Shown piece by piece: positions 46,079 to 56,191 of a DNA stretch of 64,000 bases. Positions within the stretch are counted from its first letter, which is position 1; every line of letters starts with the position of its first letter. The notes under the pieces were generated by a model. It did not search any database. It had not been told where the DNA came from and saw nothing but the letters and a program-made list of their open reading frames with translations. Origin of the DNA: Syntrophomonadaceae bacterium (GTDB taxonomy: Bacteria; Bacillota; Dethiobacteria; SKNC01); the NCBI GenBank assembly GCA_003560915.1, contig PWJM01000053.1, positions 891 to 64,890 on the forward strand, given 5' to 3'. Position numbers and translations under genes: made by a program.

Positions 46079-47116
46079 TTACCAGTCGGCAACCATATGA
46101 TCGGCTATTTCTTCCATCTCGTGCTTTTTCCCCCTGAGCATCAGTTCTGAAACCCCCTGGTGAGGGCTTTTACCCTGAAACAGCACTTCAAAGACCTGTT
46201 TGGTAATGGGCATTTCTATCCCCTGCTTTTCTGCCAAGCTGCATGCTGCCCGGGTAGTCTTAACCCCCTCCACAGCCATCTGCATCTGATCCATCACCTG
46301 TTCCAGGCTGTTTCCTTCTCCCAGAAGCATTCCAGCTCTTCGGTTCCTGCTGTGCCTGCTGGTACAGGTCACAATCAGGTCACCCACTCCGGCCAGGCCG
46401 GCAAAGGTCAAAGGGGCAGCGCCCAGTTCTATTCCCAAACGGCTGATTTCCGTAAGCCCCCTTGTCATCAACGCAGCCTTAGTATTATCTCCAAAACCCA
46501 GGCCATCGGATACCCCGGCCGCCAGGGCAATAATATTTTTTAACGCTCCCCCCAATTCCACACCCACCATATCGGGGTTGGTGTAAACTCTAAAATAGGG
46601 GCACATAAAAACTTCTTGTATAAATTCTGCTATAGTTCGCTTTGGAGAGGCTACCACTGTAGCTGAAGGGATTTCCCTGCTTATCTCCTCTGCATGGTTA
46701 GGCCCCGATATTACCGCAATTTTAGAACCATGCTCCGGCCCTAATTCTTCTTTTAATACATCAGACATTCTGGAGAGCGTATCCGTCTCAATCCCTTTAA
46801 CAGCACTTACCATGATGCTTTCTTTAGAGATATATCTCTTTGCTTCGGACAGAACTGTCCTGAACGCATGGGAGGGTACAGCCATTACCACCAGGCTGCT
46901 GCCTTCCACAGCCTCCTGAAGGTCATTGGTAACTTTCAGTTCCGGAGGGATAAAAACCCCGGGTAAATATTTTTCATTCATCCCTGTTTCTTTCATCTGC
47001 CTGCATTGGCCTTCAGTCCTGGACCAAAGCTTAACCCGGTACCCCTTCCTTGCCATCACCAGGGCCAGGGTTGTCCCCCAACCTCCAGCTCCTATTACAG
47101 AAAATTGGTTATCCAT
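46079..47116 (-). CDS. gpsA: NAD(P)H-dependent glycerol-3-phosphate dehydrogenase
   Basis: GAGGWGT, SGPNHAEE, GGALKNI, GDLIVTCTSRHSRN. Confidence 0.97.
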   Translation of the reverse strand: MDNQFSVIGAGGWGTTLALVMARKGYRVKLWSRTEGQCRQMKETGMNEKYLPGVFIPPELKVTNDLQEAVEGSSLVVMAVPSHAFRTVLSEAKRYISKESIMVSAVKGIETDTLSRMSDVLKEELGPEHGSKIAVISGPNHAEEISREIPSATVVASPKRTIAEFIQEVFMCPYFRVYTNPDMVGVELGGALKNIIALAAGVSDGLGFGDNTKAALMTRGLTEISRLGIELGAAPLTFAGLAGVGDLIVTCTSRHSRNRRAGMLLGEGNSLEQVMDQMQMAVEGVKTTRAACSLAEKQGIEMPITKQVFEVLFQGKSPHQGVSELMLRGKKHEMEEIADHMVADW

Positions 47117-47259
47117 AAAAATCCCCTCCTACCCCCTTGTAAATCAATCATCAACTAATGCAACAGTTGGGGATGGTTCTCCTTTTGTCGCATTCCTGAG
47201 ATGCAGCAGGCCACAGGAACCTTTCATCAGCTATTAATCAAAAGATTCCTCAAGTTCAG

Positions 47260-47877
47260 TTAATTTTTCTTAGTAGAAGCAATTGTTACTTTCTGGCCGA
47301 TTTTGCTTTCCGTACCTTCTTTAATTCGTTTCAAATTAGGAATATGCCTGATAATGGCCAGCAGACTGAGAAAAGTGCCAAAAACTAAATAAGGAGTGTT
47401 ATTTCCTTCCAGTAGAAGCCAAATCAAAAAGGGCAGCGAAAAAGCACCCGCTACAGAACCCATGGATACATACTTGGTCAATCCCACCACTGAAAAACCA
47501 ATCACTGCAAGCCAAAATGTCACTGTAGGAAAAAGCCCGGCTAAAGCTCCCAGACTGGTGGCAATCCCCCGTCCCCCCTTAAAACCGAAAAATACAGGCC
47601 AATTGTGCCCTGCAACCACGGCTATCACCGAGGCAATTTCTATGTAAGGATTACCGGTCAGGTTTCTGGCCGCATACACTGAAAGGAAGCCCTTTAATGC
47701 ATCTAATAAAAAAACTGCCCCCGCCGGAACAGGCCCCAGGATTCGCATGATATTGGTGGCCCCGGTACTGCCGCTGCCGTATTCCCGAATGTCTACTCCC
47801 TTTAACAGCTTTACAAAGATAAACCCAAAGGAAACAGAACCCAGCAGGTAAGAAAATATAATAATAAATACTGCCAT
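47260..47877 (-). CDS. plsY: Glycerol-3-phosphate acyltransferase PlsY
   Basis: GSGSTGATN, DALKG, GHNWP, FKGGRGIAT, HIPNLKRI..GTE. Confidence 0.95.
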   Translation of the reverse strand: MAVFIIIFSYLLGSVSFGFIFVKLLKGVDIREYGSGSTGATNIMRILGPVPAGAVFLLDALKGFLSVYAARNLTGNPYIEIASVIAVVAGHNWPVFFGFKGGRGIATSLGALAGLFPTVTFWLAVIGFSVVGLTKYVSMGSVAGAFSLPFLIWLLLEGNNTPYLVFGTFLSLLAIIRHIPNLKRIKEGTESKIGQKVTIASTKKN

Positions 47878-48020
47878 TATACGTAACCCCTTCCCCAAAA
47901 ACCTCTAATTCAATAAACCTCTTAATATCTATATTATCCCTATACCCTGTAATACCTTTCAACTAAAACATTATATCATTTTTTGCCAGGTGCTTGAATA
48001 ATGAATTAAAAAATAATTTA

Positions 48021-49343
48021 TTAACTGCCTTTCCTTTCTCTAAAAAAGATTCTGATGGGTGTTCCGGTAAAGTCAAAGGCTTCCCTTAACTGGTTCTCCA
48101 GATACCTCTTATAGGAGAAGTGGACCAATTTAGGGTTATTGACAAACATTATAAATGTGGGAGGTTTATCTCCCACCTGAGTAGCATAATAAATTTTCAG
48201 CATTTTACCCTTGGATGATGGGGGCGGACTTACGGCCACGGCCTCTCTAATTAAGTTATTTAATATTCCCGTAGAAATCCTCGTCTTACGTTTTTCTGAA
48301 ACTTCTTTTACTAAGTCCAGTATGTTTTGCACTCTCTGCCCGGTTAAGGCAGATACAAATACTGCCGGAGCATAGCTTATAAAGACTAATTCCTTGCGGA
48401 TATTTTCTAAAAACTGTTTATGAGTTCGATTATCTTTATCAATCAAGTCCCATTTGTTCACTGCAATGACGATCCCTTTTCCCTTTTCATGGGCGTATCC
48501 AGCAATTCTTTTATCCTGCTCCGTTACCTCCTCCACAGAATCAATGACCATAACTACAATATCTGATTTTTCTATGGCCCGGAAAGCCCTTAAGACGCTG
48601 TAATATTCCACAGATTCGAACACCTTGCTTTTTCTTCTTATCCCGGCTGTATCGATGAAAATATATTTATCTTCGCCAACTACCTTAAAAGAATCCACTG
48701 CATCCCGGGTGGTGCCGGGAATATCGGTAACGATCATTCTCTCTTGACCTAACAGGAAATTCACCAGGGAAGATTTCCCCACATTCGGCCTGCCGGCAAA
48801 AGCTACTTTAATTATACTTTCATCATCCGGAAGTTCCGCCTCTTCCCTTTTCGGCATCCTTTCTACAATAGCGTCCAACAGGTCTCCCGTATTCAACCCA
48901 TGGGCTGCAGACACGGCAATGGGTTCTCCCAGGCCCAATTGATAAAATTCCCCTGCCTGGATATGCAAATCCATGGTTTCAGCCTTATTGGCTACCAAAA
49001 TCACCGGCTTTTTAGTTTTACGTAAAAGCTGGGCTATTTCGATATCCATACTGTTTGCCCCACTTCTGACGTCCACTACCAACAGAATTACATCAGATTC
49101 CTGGATAGCTGCCTCTGCCTGTATTTTAATGCTTTCTTCAATTTTATCTGTAGTGCCCGGCACAATCCCGCCGGTATCTATAAGCACAAATTCCCGGCCG
49201 TTCCAGTATGCCCTGCTGTATAATCTGTCCCGGGTCACACCGGATAGTTCTTCCACAATGGCCGAACGGGTCTGGGCCAAACGGTTAAATAAGGTAGACT
49301 TTCCTACATTAGGCCTTCCTACTATGGCTACCAAAGGGTCCAT
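48021..49343 (-). CDS. der: Ribosome biogenesis GTPase Der
   Basis: Two GRPNVGKS / DTxG / NKxD G-domains plus a KH-like tail. Confidence 0.98.
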   Translation of the reverse strand: MDPLVAIVGRPNVGKSTLFNRLAQTRSAIVEELSGVTRDRLYSRAYWNGREFVLIDTGGIVPGTTDKIEESIKIQAEAAIQESDVILLVVDVRSGANSMDIEIAQLLRKTKKPVILVANKAETMDLHIQAGEFYQLGLGEPIAVSAAHGLNTGDLLDAIVERMPKREEAELPDDESIIKVAFAGRPNVGKSSLVNFLLGQERMIVTDIPGTTRDAVDSFKVVGEDKYIFIDTAGIRRKSKVFESVEYYSVLRAFRAIEKSDIVVMVIDSVEEVTEQDKRIAGYAHEKGKGIVIAVNKWDLIDKDNRTHKQFLENIRKELVFISYAPAVFVSALTGQRVQNILDLVKEVSEKRKTRISTGILNNLIREAVAVSPPPSSKGKMLKIYYATQVGDKPPTFIMFVNNPKLVHFSYKRYLENQLREAFDFTGTPIRIFFRERKGS

Positions 49344-49359
49344 TTATTATTTATACCTC

Positions 49360-50679
49360 CTATACTGTAAACAGGTCACCGGGTTGGACATTATCCAGCA
49401 GGCTGTCAATTATCTTTGTTTTAACCTGCAGTATATCTTCTATTTCCTCCCGGGTAAAATCATCTAAAAAAATATCATTGCCATCTTTAACCATTACATC
49501 TGGAATCAACAGTAAATCCCCTAAATCTTTACCACATAGAGAATCAATAATGTCTTTCCCACAAATTAAGCCGGAAACAGTTACGTCCTTTCCGAAAAAA
49601 ATATTTTCAATTACCCATACCTTTACCCTCAGCCCTTCAACGGGCTCAAAAAATTGGGCCACTTTTTGAATATACGGCTTGGCCAATTTTCCAGTAACCA
49701 TAGATATAGTAAGGGGAGGAGATACCCTGGGGGGGAGGTCTTTTTCTTTCCAGCTTTCCAGGTTGTTCACAAGAAGCCTGATCAGGCCTACTCCATTTTC
49801 TGTCTGGGGATAATCTTCATAGTAGGAATCCGGTGGGATTTCCATCCCCGCCTGCAGGAAAAACTCGTCTGCCGGAAAAACAAAATGGGTGCCCCATTCT
49901 TTTAAAAATAGTTCCTGCCACCGCTTGATCTGCCCAATAATCTCCCGGGCTTCTCCGGGGGTTACAATATTTAAAGAATTCTCTTTTTCCCTGTACCGGG
50001 TAATACCAACCGGTACAATGGCCACAGATTTGAACGATGGCCAGAGCCCTGCTAAATCCTTAATGGTTTGGTCTAGAAATTTCCCATCGTTGATGCCGGG
50101 GCACAATACCACCTGTCCATGCATCTCTATTCCAGAGGCCGTCAGCCTGTTTAAAGTTTCCAATATGTTTCTGCCGTTTTTACATCTTATCATTTTTTCC
50201 CTCAGGCCCGGGTCTGTGGTATGTACAGAAATATACAGGGGGGAAAGATGCTGTTCTTTGATTCTCTTTATTTCCTTTTCTGAAAGATTGGTCAGGGTAA
50301 CAAAATTCCCATGGAGAAAAGAAAGGCGATAGTCATCATCTTTTAAATATAAGCTGCTGCGCATCCCTTTGGGCATCTGGTCAATAAAACAGAAAACACA
50401 GCGGTTGCTGCATCTTTTTACCGGACCGATAGTAGGGCTTTCAAAGATAATACCTAAATCTTCATCATAATCTTTTTCAATGTCAATAACCCATTCCTCA
50501 CCGTTTTTTTTACAGGCCTTCAGCTCCAGGCCCTCATCGGCACAAATATATCGATAGTCCAGGATATCCTTGAACTCCTGACAATTTACACAGATTACCC
50601 GATCCCCTCTTTCTAACCCGACCTCTTCCGCAATGGAATCCTTTTTTACCTCTTTAATCTCCCACCCCAGTTTTTGCAT
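49360..50679 (-). CDS. DUF512 / PDZ-containing putative radical-SAM-like Fe-S protein
   Basis: N-terminal PDZ-like region, CSNRCVFCFIDQ, KDDDYRLSFLHGNFVTLTN, ENGVG. Confidence 0.88.
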   Translation of the reverse strand: MQKLGWEIKEVKKDSIAEEVGLERGDRVICVNCQEFKDILDYRYICADEGLELKACKKNGEEWVIDIEKDYDEDLGIIFESPTIGPVKRCSNRCVFCFIDQMPKGMRSSLYLKDDDYRLSFLHGNFVTLTNLSEKEIKRIKEQHLSPLYISVHTTDPGLREKMIRCKNGRNILETLNRLTASGIEMHGQVVLCPGINDGKFLDQTIKDLAGLWPSFKSVAIVPVGITRYREKENSLNIVTPGEAREIIGQIKRWQELFLKEWGTHFVFPADEFFLQAGMEIPPDSYYEDYPQTENGVGLIRLLVNNLESWKEKDLPPRVSPPLTISMVTGKLAKPYIQKVAQFFEPVEGLRVKVWVIENIFFGKDVTVSGLICGKDIIDSLCGKDLGDLLLIPDVMVKDGNDIFLDDFTREEIEDILQVKTKIIDSLLDNVQPGDLFTV

Positions 50680-50763
50680 CTTGTATACACCTTTCTGGTA
50701 AATTTGGTAAAGAGAACATGTTTTATTCATTATCCTACAATGAACTCTCCTGTGTCAAGAAAA

Positions 50764-51255
50764 TTACTCAAAGGAATGGGAAGGATCCCCCATGCTGGAG
50801 TCCCGAACCTGATCCTTTACGGTCTCTACCAGATGAACAAACTGATAATACGCTTTCTGTACTCCTTTAATAGTTAAGGGCCTTCCAATCTTGATTAACC
50901 CCAGCCTCCTGGATAAAAATCCCCCGATTCGAGTAATGGTGTTAATCTGTGAAAGGCTGTCTACCAGGATCAGCTGATTTTCTTTAATATGGTAAATCTT
51001 CAATAGACTGTCCAGAGACTTAATCAGGACCTCTTTGTTATTGGCCATTCCTAAAATGTACACTTCTATCCCCAACTCATCCCTGCCAACATAGAAAGGG
51101 CTTCCTATTTCTTCTCTTCGGGTCTGGTCATAATAGGGCAGGGTAACAATCTCCTGGGTTTTTGGAATTCGATGGGTGGGCAGCATTCCCACGTGAATGG
51201 CGGAAGCAATGACTGAAGAATGAGCTGAACCGAAACAATGATATATTATATACAT
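50764..51255 (-). CDS. DUF3189-family protein
   Basis: IIYHCFGSAHSSVIASAIH, G.D..G.EVY, GGFLSRRLG. Confidence 0.8.
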   Translation of the reverse strand: MYIIYHCFGSAHSSVIASAIHVGMLPTHRIPKTQEIVTLPYYDQTRREEIGSPFYVGRDELGIEVYILGMANNKEVLIKSLDSLLKIYHIKENQLILVDSLSQINTITRIGGFLSRRLGLIKIGRPLTIKGVQKAYYQFVHLVETVKDQVRDSSMGDPSHSFE

Positions 51256-51720
51256 TTATCTCCCTTTTTCCAAATCGGATTGAACTTTATCAATAAGAGC
51301 AGTAAAATCAAAATAGGCTTTTTGGGAACCTTTTATTAGCAGGGCCAAGGCCGGCGGAGTTAGGATTTTACGGTGGTATAGGAATATTCCTACTCTCATT
51401 TCCATGTTGGTTATGGGAAAGGTATTTACAAAATAAAGCTTTCTGGGATCCTCCCTTACGATTTCTAAAACTCCCCTGAGAGCATTTTCTATAATATTAA
51501 AAGCCTTCCTGCTCCCCATAAAATATATTTCGTTTCCTTCTGCATCGGTCCCCGCATAATGAATAACTCCATGATTTTGGGGAGTCCCCCGGTGAAATAA
51601 GGAACAAGCCAAAATATCCTTTTTCTCTGGCGGACGCTGCCTGGAAAGCGCACCCGTATGAATTCCCGCTGCCAGGGCTGATGAAAAGCTTCCCCCATAG
51701 CTGTGATAAACCACCCGCAT
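51256..51720 (-). CDS. DUF3189-family protein (diverged paralog)
   Basis: VVYHSYGGSFSSALAAGIH, GTDAEGNEIY. Confidence 0.72.
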   Translation of the reverse strand: MRVVYHSYGGSFSSALAAGIHTGALSRQRPPEKKDILACSLFHRGTPQNHGVIHYAGTDAEGNEIYFMGSRKAFNIIENALRGVLEIVREDPRKLYFVNTFPITNMEMRVGIFLYHRKILTPPALALLIKGSQKAYFDFTALIDKVQSDLEKGR

Positions 51721-51732
51721 GAAGATCCTCCC

Positions 51733-51924
51733 CTAGTGTTTCACTATGATAAATACCCCGTTTTCCAGGTCATGAACGACTCCTTCCATAATTCTTCCTA
51801 GATACTGCGAAATTTTCTGCTGTTCCTCCGGTCCGCTGACTATAAAAGTAGGGATGCTTCCCGCAACCTTTTCCCGTTCCATGGTAACGGCCGCCAGAAT
51901 AAATTTTTCGATGGAAACCTGCAT
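51733..51924 (-). CDS. Small protein, capping complex subunit for YIEGIA
   Basis: ILAAVT...V.GS.PTF...VHDLENGVFIIVKH, directly after the YIEGIA gene. Confidence 0.75.
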   Translation of the reverse strand: MQVSIEKFILAAVTMEREKVAGSIPTFIVSGPEEQQKISQYLGRIMEGVVHDLENGVFIIVKH

Positions 51925-51942
51925 CTGTATTTCACCCTTCCT

Positions 51943-52842
51943 TTAATCTTCTGCCAGTTTTCCAGCTCTGGATTTAAGAGGTTTCCCCGTAGCACTTTCC
52001 AGCACAGGTACTCCTTTTACAGCGGTTAGTAAATACTCAGGATCCTTTTCTATGGGGACAATCAGCATAGCAATTCTACCGGTATCCAAATCTCTCCTAA
52101 CCAACGGATTAAACTCCGGGGTATCCACATCCTTATAGATCCCCAGCTGTGAAGCGGAATCATGGGCGATGGCCATGCGCTGGCCGTTATTGGCCAGGGT
52201 TTCCCGTTCATTATCGTTAATAGGTTCTATAATCACTCCAACTGCCCTTTTTCGAAGAATCTCTCGGGTTTCATCCCCGCCAATATTCATGATGTGAATA
52301 TCTTCAACAAAAATATTGGCACCTTTAAATTGAATGTCCCCTGTCCTGACCCGGGCAATCTCCCCTACTCTTCTTCCGGACATCAGCCGGTTGCTGGCCA
52401 AGACCGCCAGCGCACCGGCCGCTAATCCGAAAATCCAGTGGGTAAACAACGTTACGGAACTTACAATTAAAGAAGTAAGAATTACCAGGTAATTTCTGGA
52501 CTCAAAAACCCTGGCAATCCCCTCTATATAATCAGGCCCTCTCTTTACCAGTTCAGATTTATCTAAATTGAAAAGCATTTCTTTTTCTATGGTTCTTACC
52601 TCCCGAAACTGCTGTGCTGCCAGGGCTAAAAAACTTACTGCTGTAAATTCCTTGGCCATCAGCGCCGGAACAGCCACCGAACCCAGTACTGATGCGATAA
52701 ATCCCAAGGCAATGTGATTAATTACCCCGTGAGGATAGCTGGGATAATGGCGGTAGTCACTTTTTAACATCAGATATCGTGCCAGTGTGCCCAGCACAAC
52801 CCCAAAAACAATCGGGAATAAACTGAAGGGCATTCCGTTCAC
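51943..52842 (-). CDS. YIEGIA-family membrane protein
   Basis: DYRHYPSYPHG, QQFREVR, DYIEGIARVFESRNY. Confidence 0.92.
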   Translation of the reverse strand: MNGMPFSLFPIVFGVVLGTLARYLMLKSDYRHYPSYPHGVINHIALGFIASVLGSVAVPALMAKEFTAVSFLALAAQQFREVRTIEKEMLFNLDKSELVKRGPDYIEGIARVFESRNYLVILTSLIVSSVTLFTHWIFGLAAGALAVLASNRLMSGRRVGEIARVRTGDIQFKGANIFVEDIHIMNIGGDETREILRKRAVGVIIEPINDNERETLANNGQRMAIAHDSASQLGIYKDVDTPEFNPLVRRDLDTGRIAMLIVPIEKDPEYLLTAVKGVPVLESATGKPLKSRAGKLAED

Positions 52843-52870
52843 CTCTGGAATAATTATTTAATGCCGGGCT

Positions 52871-54244
52871 TTATTCATTAGATTCTTTTTCTTCCTGTGG
52901 CGAATTGTTCTCTGATGAGTTATCCGAATCAGCCTTATTTTCTTCTACATTGTTTACATCAGGGCTAATTTCTTCGGCAAATTCCGTATTATCTCCCCGG
53001 TCCATAATTTTATCTTCTTCTTTATTAAAACGGCCGGCTATATCCCTAAACTCCTTTGTGGTGAAGTCTTTAAGCTTTGCCTTTAACTCTTCAAGGTTTT
53101 CCGTACTGATGAAGAGATATGCAGCTGCTGCGGCAACCACCAGCAAGATCAGGCCAATCACCCGGGTCACTGCAGTGCCTCCAGGGCCTCCTCCGGTGTC
53201 AGGGGATAAACCGATTTGTTCTCTGCCCTGTTCGGTACCATATAAATAATTGTCAATCACATCGGCAAACAGCACTATGGATTCCTCGGCCCCTGCCTTT
53301 TCATTTTCGTGAGCCCCCACCTCCAAAAGCATGGCACTGGGACTCATATCCTGGTTATAGCTTCCCTGGGCCATTAATATCCCCTTGACCAGGTTAGGAT
53401 ATAATTCATCGGCTGAAGCTTTCAGACCCTCCGCAAACTGCTGGTTGCTGGAGGAATTTTGGTTCTGCCGGCCCACAATCAGCTGAATCTGCACCCTTTC
53501 TTCCCCTTCAACCTCCCCCAGATATTCGTCAGGAGGTACAGCATCCCGGTGAACATCAAACAGGGCATCGGGCCCCTCCTGGAGCAGCTCTTCTGCAGTT
53601 CTGCGGGACCTCATATAGGCTCCGGAGTCATGGGGGACATGGGTTTCTTCGGAATGAATAACGGTAATCCCCTTCTGTTCCAAGGCATCTGCCATTGACC
53701 TTCCTACATCAAGTATACCTCCACCTTCGTCTATACTTTCCGTTCCGTCGCCAGGCACATAGGATTCCGCCCCATGGCTGTGATAAATTCCCAGCACCCG
53801 GTTTTCCTGATCTTGTGCCCTCTGAAACAAGGTAGGGACATTAAAAACAAACAGCCTTTCCCCAATGCCACTTATTATTTCCCGGATAAAAGAACTTTCA
53901 GCCTGGGTTCTTTCAATTTCCCGGGCATGGGCGGTGTAGTCAATTACTGTGTGAACCTCGTACATTTTATTTTTCCCACAAATATATCGGTCCCCCACAT
54001 GGAGATGCCGGGCAGTCCTCATAATCCTGTTATCATCTTCATCCACCATGGTGTAATAGTTTCCCTCTGTGGCTTCATCCAGATTCAACATTTCAAAAAA
54101 AGTCTGGCTTTGAACCTTTTGGGTTTGAGAATAAACGATGTCCTCTTCTGATGCATTCTCCCAGGCCAGGAGCTGAAAAGCACTGACTGCAATGATAACC
54201 AGTACAACTGCAGCAAAAGTTATTCTTCTATATATTTTATACAT
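52871..54244 (-). CDS. spoIIP: Stage II sporulation protein P (autolysin)
   Basis: IYHSHGAESY, H.E.HVPHD, FDVHRDA, YNQD, EVGAHEN; start moved to ATG 54244 after AGGGGGGTG. Confidence 0.88.
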   Translation of the reverse strand: MYKIYRRITFAAVVLVIIAVSAFQLLAWENASEEDIVYSQTQKVQSQTFFEMLNLDEATEGNYYTMVDEDDNRIMRTARHLHVGDRYICGKNKMYEVHTVIDYTAHAREIERTQAESSFIREIISGIGERLFVFNVPTLFQRAQDQENRVLGIYHSHGAESYVPGDGTESIDEGGGILDVGRSMADALEQKGITVIHSEETHVPHDSGAYMRSRRTAEELLQEGPDALFDVHRDAVPPDEYLGEVEGEERVQIQLIVGRQNQNSSSNQQFAEGLKASADELYPNLVKGILMAQGSYNQDMSPSAMLLEVGAHENEKAGAEESIVLFADVIDNYLYGTEQGREQIGLSPDTGGGPGGTAVTRVIGLILLVVAAAAAYLFISTENLEELKAKLKDFTTKEFRDIAGRFNKEEDKIMDRGDNTEFAEEISPDVNNVEENKADSDNSSENNSPQEEKESNE

Positions 54245-54245
54245 A

Positions 54246-54956
54246 TTATTCACCCCCCTGATGTTCAGGATTGTGTTCTGGATTTTGGTGTTCTTCATGA
54301 TTCTCCTGGTTCTCAGGATTGTCATGGCCTTCATGCTCCCTGCTGAAGGAGGCAGGCCTTTGGATCCGCTCCCTGGTTTCCCCAACGATTTCCGCCAGAG
54401 AAACTGCAATTAAACCGGCAATAATAATTCCATCAAAAATTCCTGCGCCCCCAATAACTAAAGTGCCTGTACCCCCGATCAGGGCAACTTCAATTCGGGA
54501 GACCACGTCCGTTAAAATCATAGATCCTGTTCCAGCAATAAAAGCAGACCTTCGGGACCTTCCTGCCAGGTACCCTACAGTACCTGCCAGCAGCGCGAAG
54601 ATATACATGGGGTCCAAGACGAAATTATAGGTTGGTTCCGTAGGAATAATTTTCGTGGCTCCATACACCACAACGGTGGCAACGATAAGTGCGATAACTG
54701 CCCTTCTCTTTTCTTTGACCGTATCCGCCTTCACCAGCAGATAACCAATTAAAATAATAGGAAGGATGCCACCGCCAATATTAATGCCAACATTTTGGGT
54801 AATAGGGATATCCGGAATGAATGTCCCAACCAGGATCGCCCCAATAAATAGAAGTGCCTGTTTGTCTGTCAATCTCATTTTGTCTAGAATTCGCTGGGCA
54901 AATCCCAGGTATATTAAAATACCTATGACTACCAAAAGTACCATGCCAGCTGCCAT
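54246..54956 (-). CDS. DUF1614-like membrane protein
   Basis: LDKMRLTDKQA, INIGG, GRSRRSAFIAG, IGGAGIFD, in its usual spoIIP-linked position. Confidence 0.75.
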   Translation of the reverse strand: MAAGMVLLVVIGILIYLGFAQRILDKMRLTDKQALLFIGAILVGTFIPDIPITQNVGINIGGGILPIILIGYLLVKADTVKEKRRAVIALIVATVVVYGATKIIPTEPTYNFVLDPMYIFALLAGTVGYLAGRSRRSAFIAGTGSMILTDVVSRIEVALIGGTGTLVIGGAGIFDGIIIAGLIAVSLAEIVGETRERIQRPASFSREHEGHDNPENQENHEEHQNPEHNPEHQGGE

Positions 54957-55127
54957 TCATATCACATCCTTGTAATTTTCTTTAAACTATTTCTATAGTA
55001 ACCAAAATCATTGGTTTTATCCGTTTTAAAAGATCAAAAAAACTATCCGGATTTTTTAAAAATCAAAGATAGTTCTGAAGTTAAATATTATATTATTTTC
55101 ACAGCCACCACTAACAAACTATTTTAA

Positions 55128-56177
55128 TTATCTACGGGCCAGCCATTTTATGTCTATGCCCCGCCTGTCCATCCAGGCGGCGGTTTCTCCTTTAATCACC
55201 ACTGGCTTTTCTCTCAGCTGCTCAAGATTGGAAGCCCCAACCATGGCCATAATAATTTTTAAATTTTCCATGAGATTTTCCAGCCATTTTAAGAATTCCT
55301 TTTCCCCCTGCTGTACAATGATTTTAACCGGGAGGCCGGCAATCCCCACAGCCTTAGCCCCAAGGCAGAGGGACTTGGCCAAAGTCATGGCATCGTTAAT
55401 TCCTCCCGAGGCAATCACTTCTCCTTTATTTTTAACTACATCCAACACTTCCAACAAACTGGTCAGGGTGGGTATTCCCCAGTTCAGCAGTTCATAATCC
55501 AACTGCAGTTCCCTTCGCCGGGCTTCAATTTGCATGAAATTTGTACCGCCCCGGCCACCCACATCCAGTATTTTTATACCCATGCCTGAAAGCTTCAGGG
55601 CAGTCTCCCGGCTCATACCAAAACCTACTTCTTTTACAATCACAGGAACCTTTACCCTATCCCAAATTTTTTTTATATTATCCAAATGCCCCTTAAAATT
55701 TCGATCTCCCTCGGGCATGATTAACTCCTGGGGAGCATTTAAATGAAGCTGAAGAGCATTAGCTCCAAGCATTTCCACTGCTTCCTCTGCATCCTCCGGT
55801 TTAGCATAGGCCCCGATATTAGCAAAAAAGATACCCTCGGGATAAATTTCCCGAACCACTTTAAAGGTATCCTCCATGTCTTTGTTCTCTATAGCTGCCA
55901 TCTGTGAACCCAGAGCCATAGCCATTCCTGCTTTTCTGGCCGCTGAAGCCAGCTTTGAGTTTATTTCTTTACTCTGAAGGGAACCACCGGTAATGGCGTT
56001 AATAAAAACAGGCAGGCCTAAAGATAAGCCTGCAACAGAAGTTTTTATATCAATGCTGTCAAAGTCAACATCCGGTATACTTTGGTGGATCAACGCACAA
56101 TCCTTAAAGTCTGCCGAATGAATGGAAAATTCCAGACTAAAATATAAGTGGTCGTCTTTTCGGGAAATTCTAGACAT
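55128..56177 (-). CDS. fni: Type 2 isopentenyl-diphosphate delta-isomerase
   Basis: RKDDHL, INAITGG, LGSQ, HLNAPQE, VKEVGFG, GGTNF, SGGI. Confidence 0.95.
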   Translation of the reverse strand: MSRISRKDDHLYFSLEFSIHSADFKDCALIHQSIPDVDFDSIDIKTSVAGLSLGLPVFINAITGGSLQSKEINSKLASAARKAGMAMALGSQMAAIENKDMEDTFKVVREIYPEGIFFANIGAYAKPEDAEEAVEMLGANALQLHLNAPQELIMPEGDRNFKGHLDNIKKIWDRVKVPVIVKEVGFGMSRETALKLSGMGIKILDVGGRGGTNFMQIEARRRELQLDYELLNWGIPTLTSLLEVLDVVKNKGEVIASGGINDAMTLAKSLCLGAKAVGIAGLPVKIIVQQGEKEFLKWLENLMENLKIIMAMVGASNLEQLREKPVVIKGETAAWMDRRGIDIKWLARR

Positions 56178-56191
56178 CCTTTTCTCCCCGT

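Noticed and set aside
54246-54409. Track extension of spoIIP upstream of 54244
   Set aside because: It overlaps the DUF1614 gene; the ATG at 54244 has an SD and is followed by the membrane anchor.
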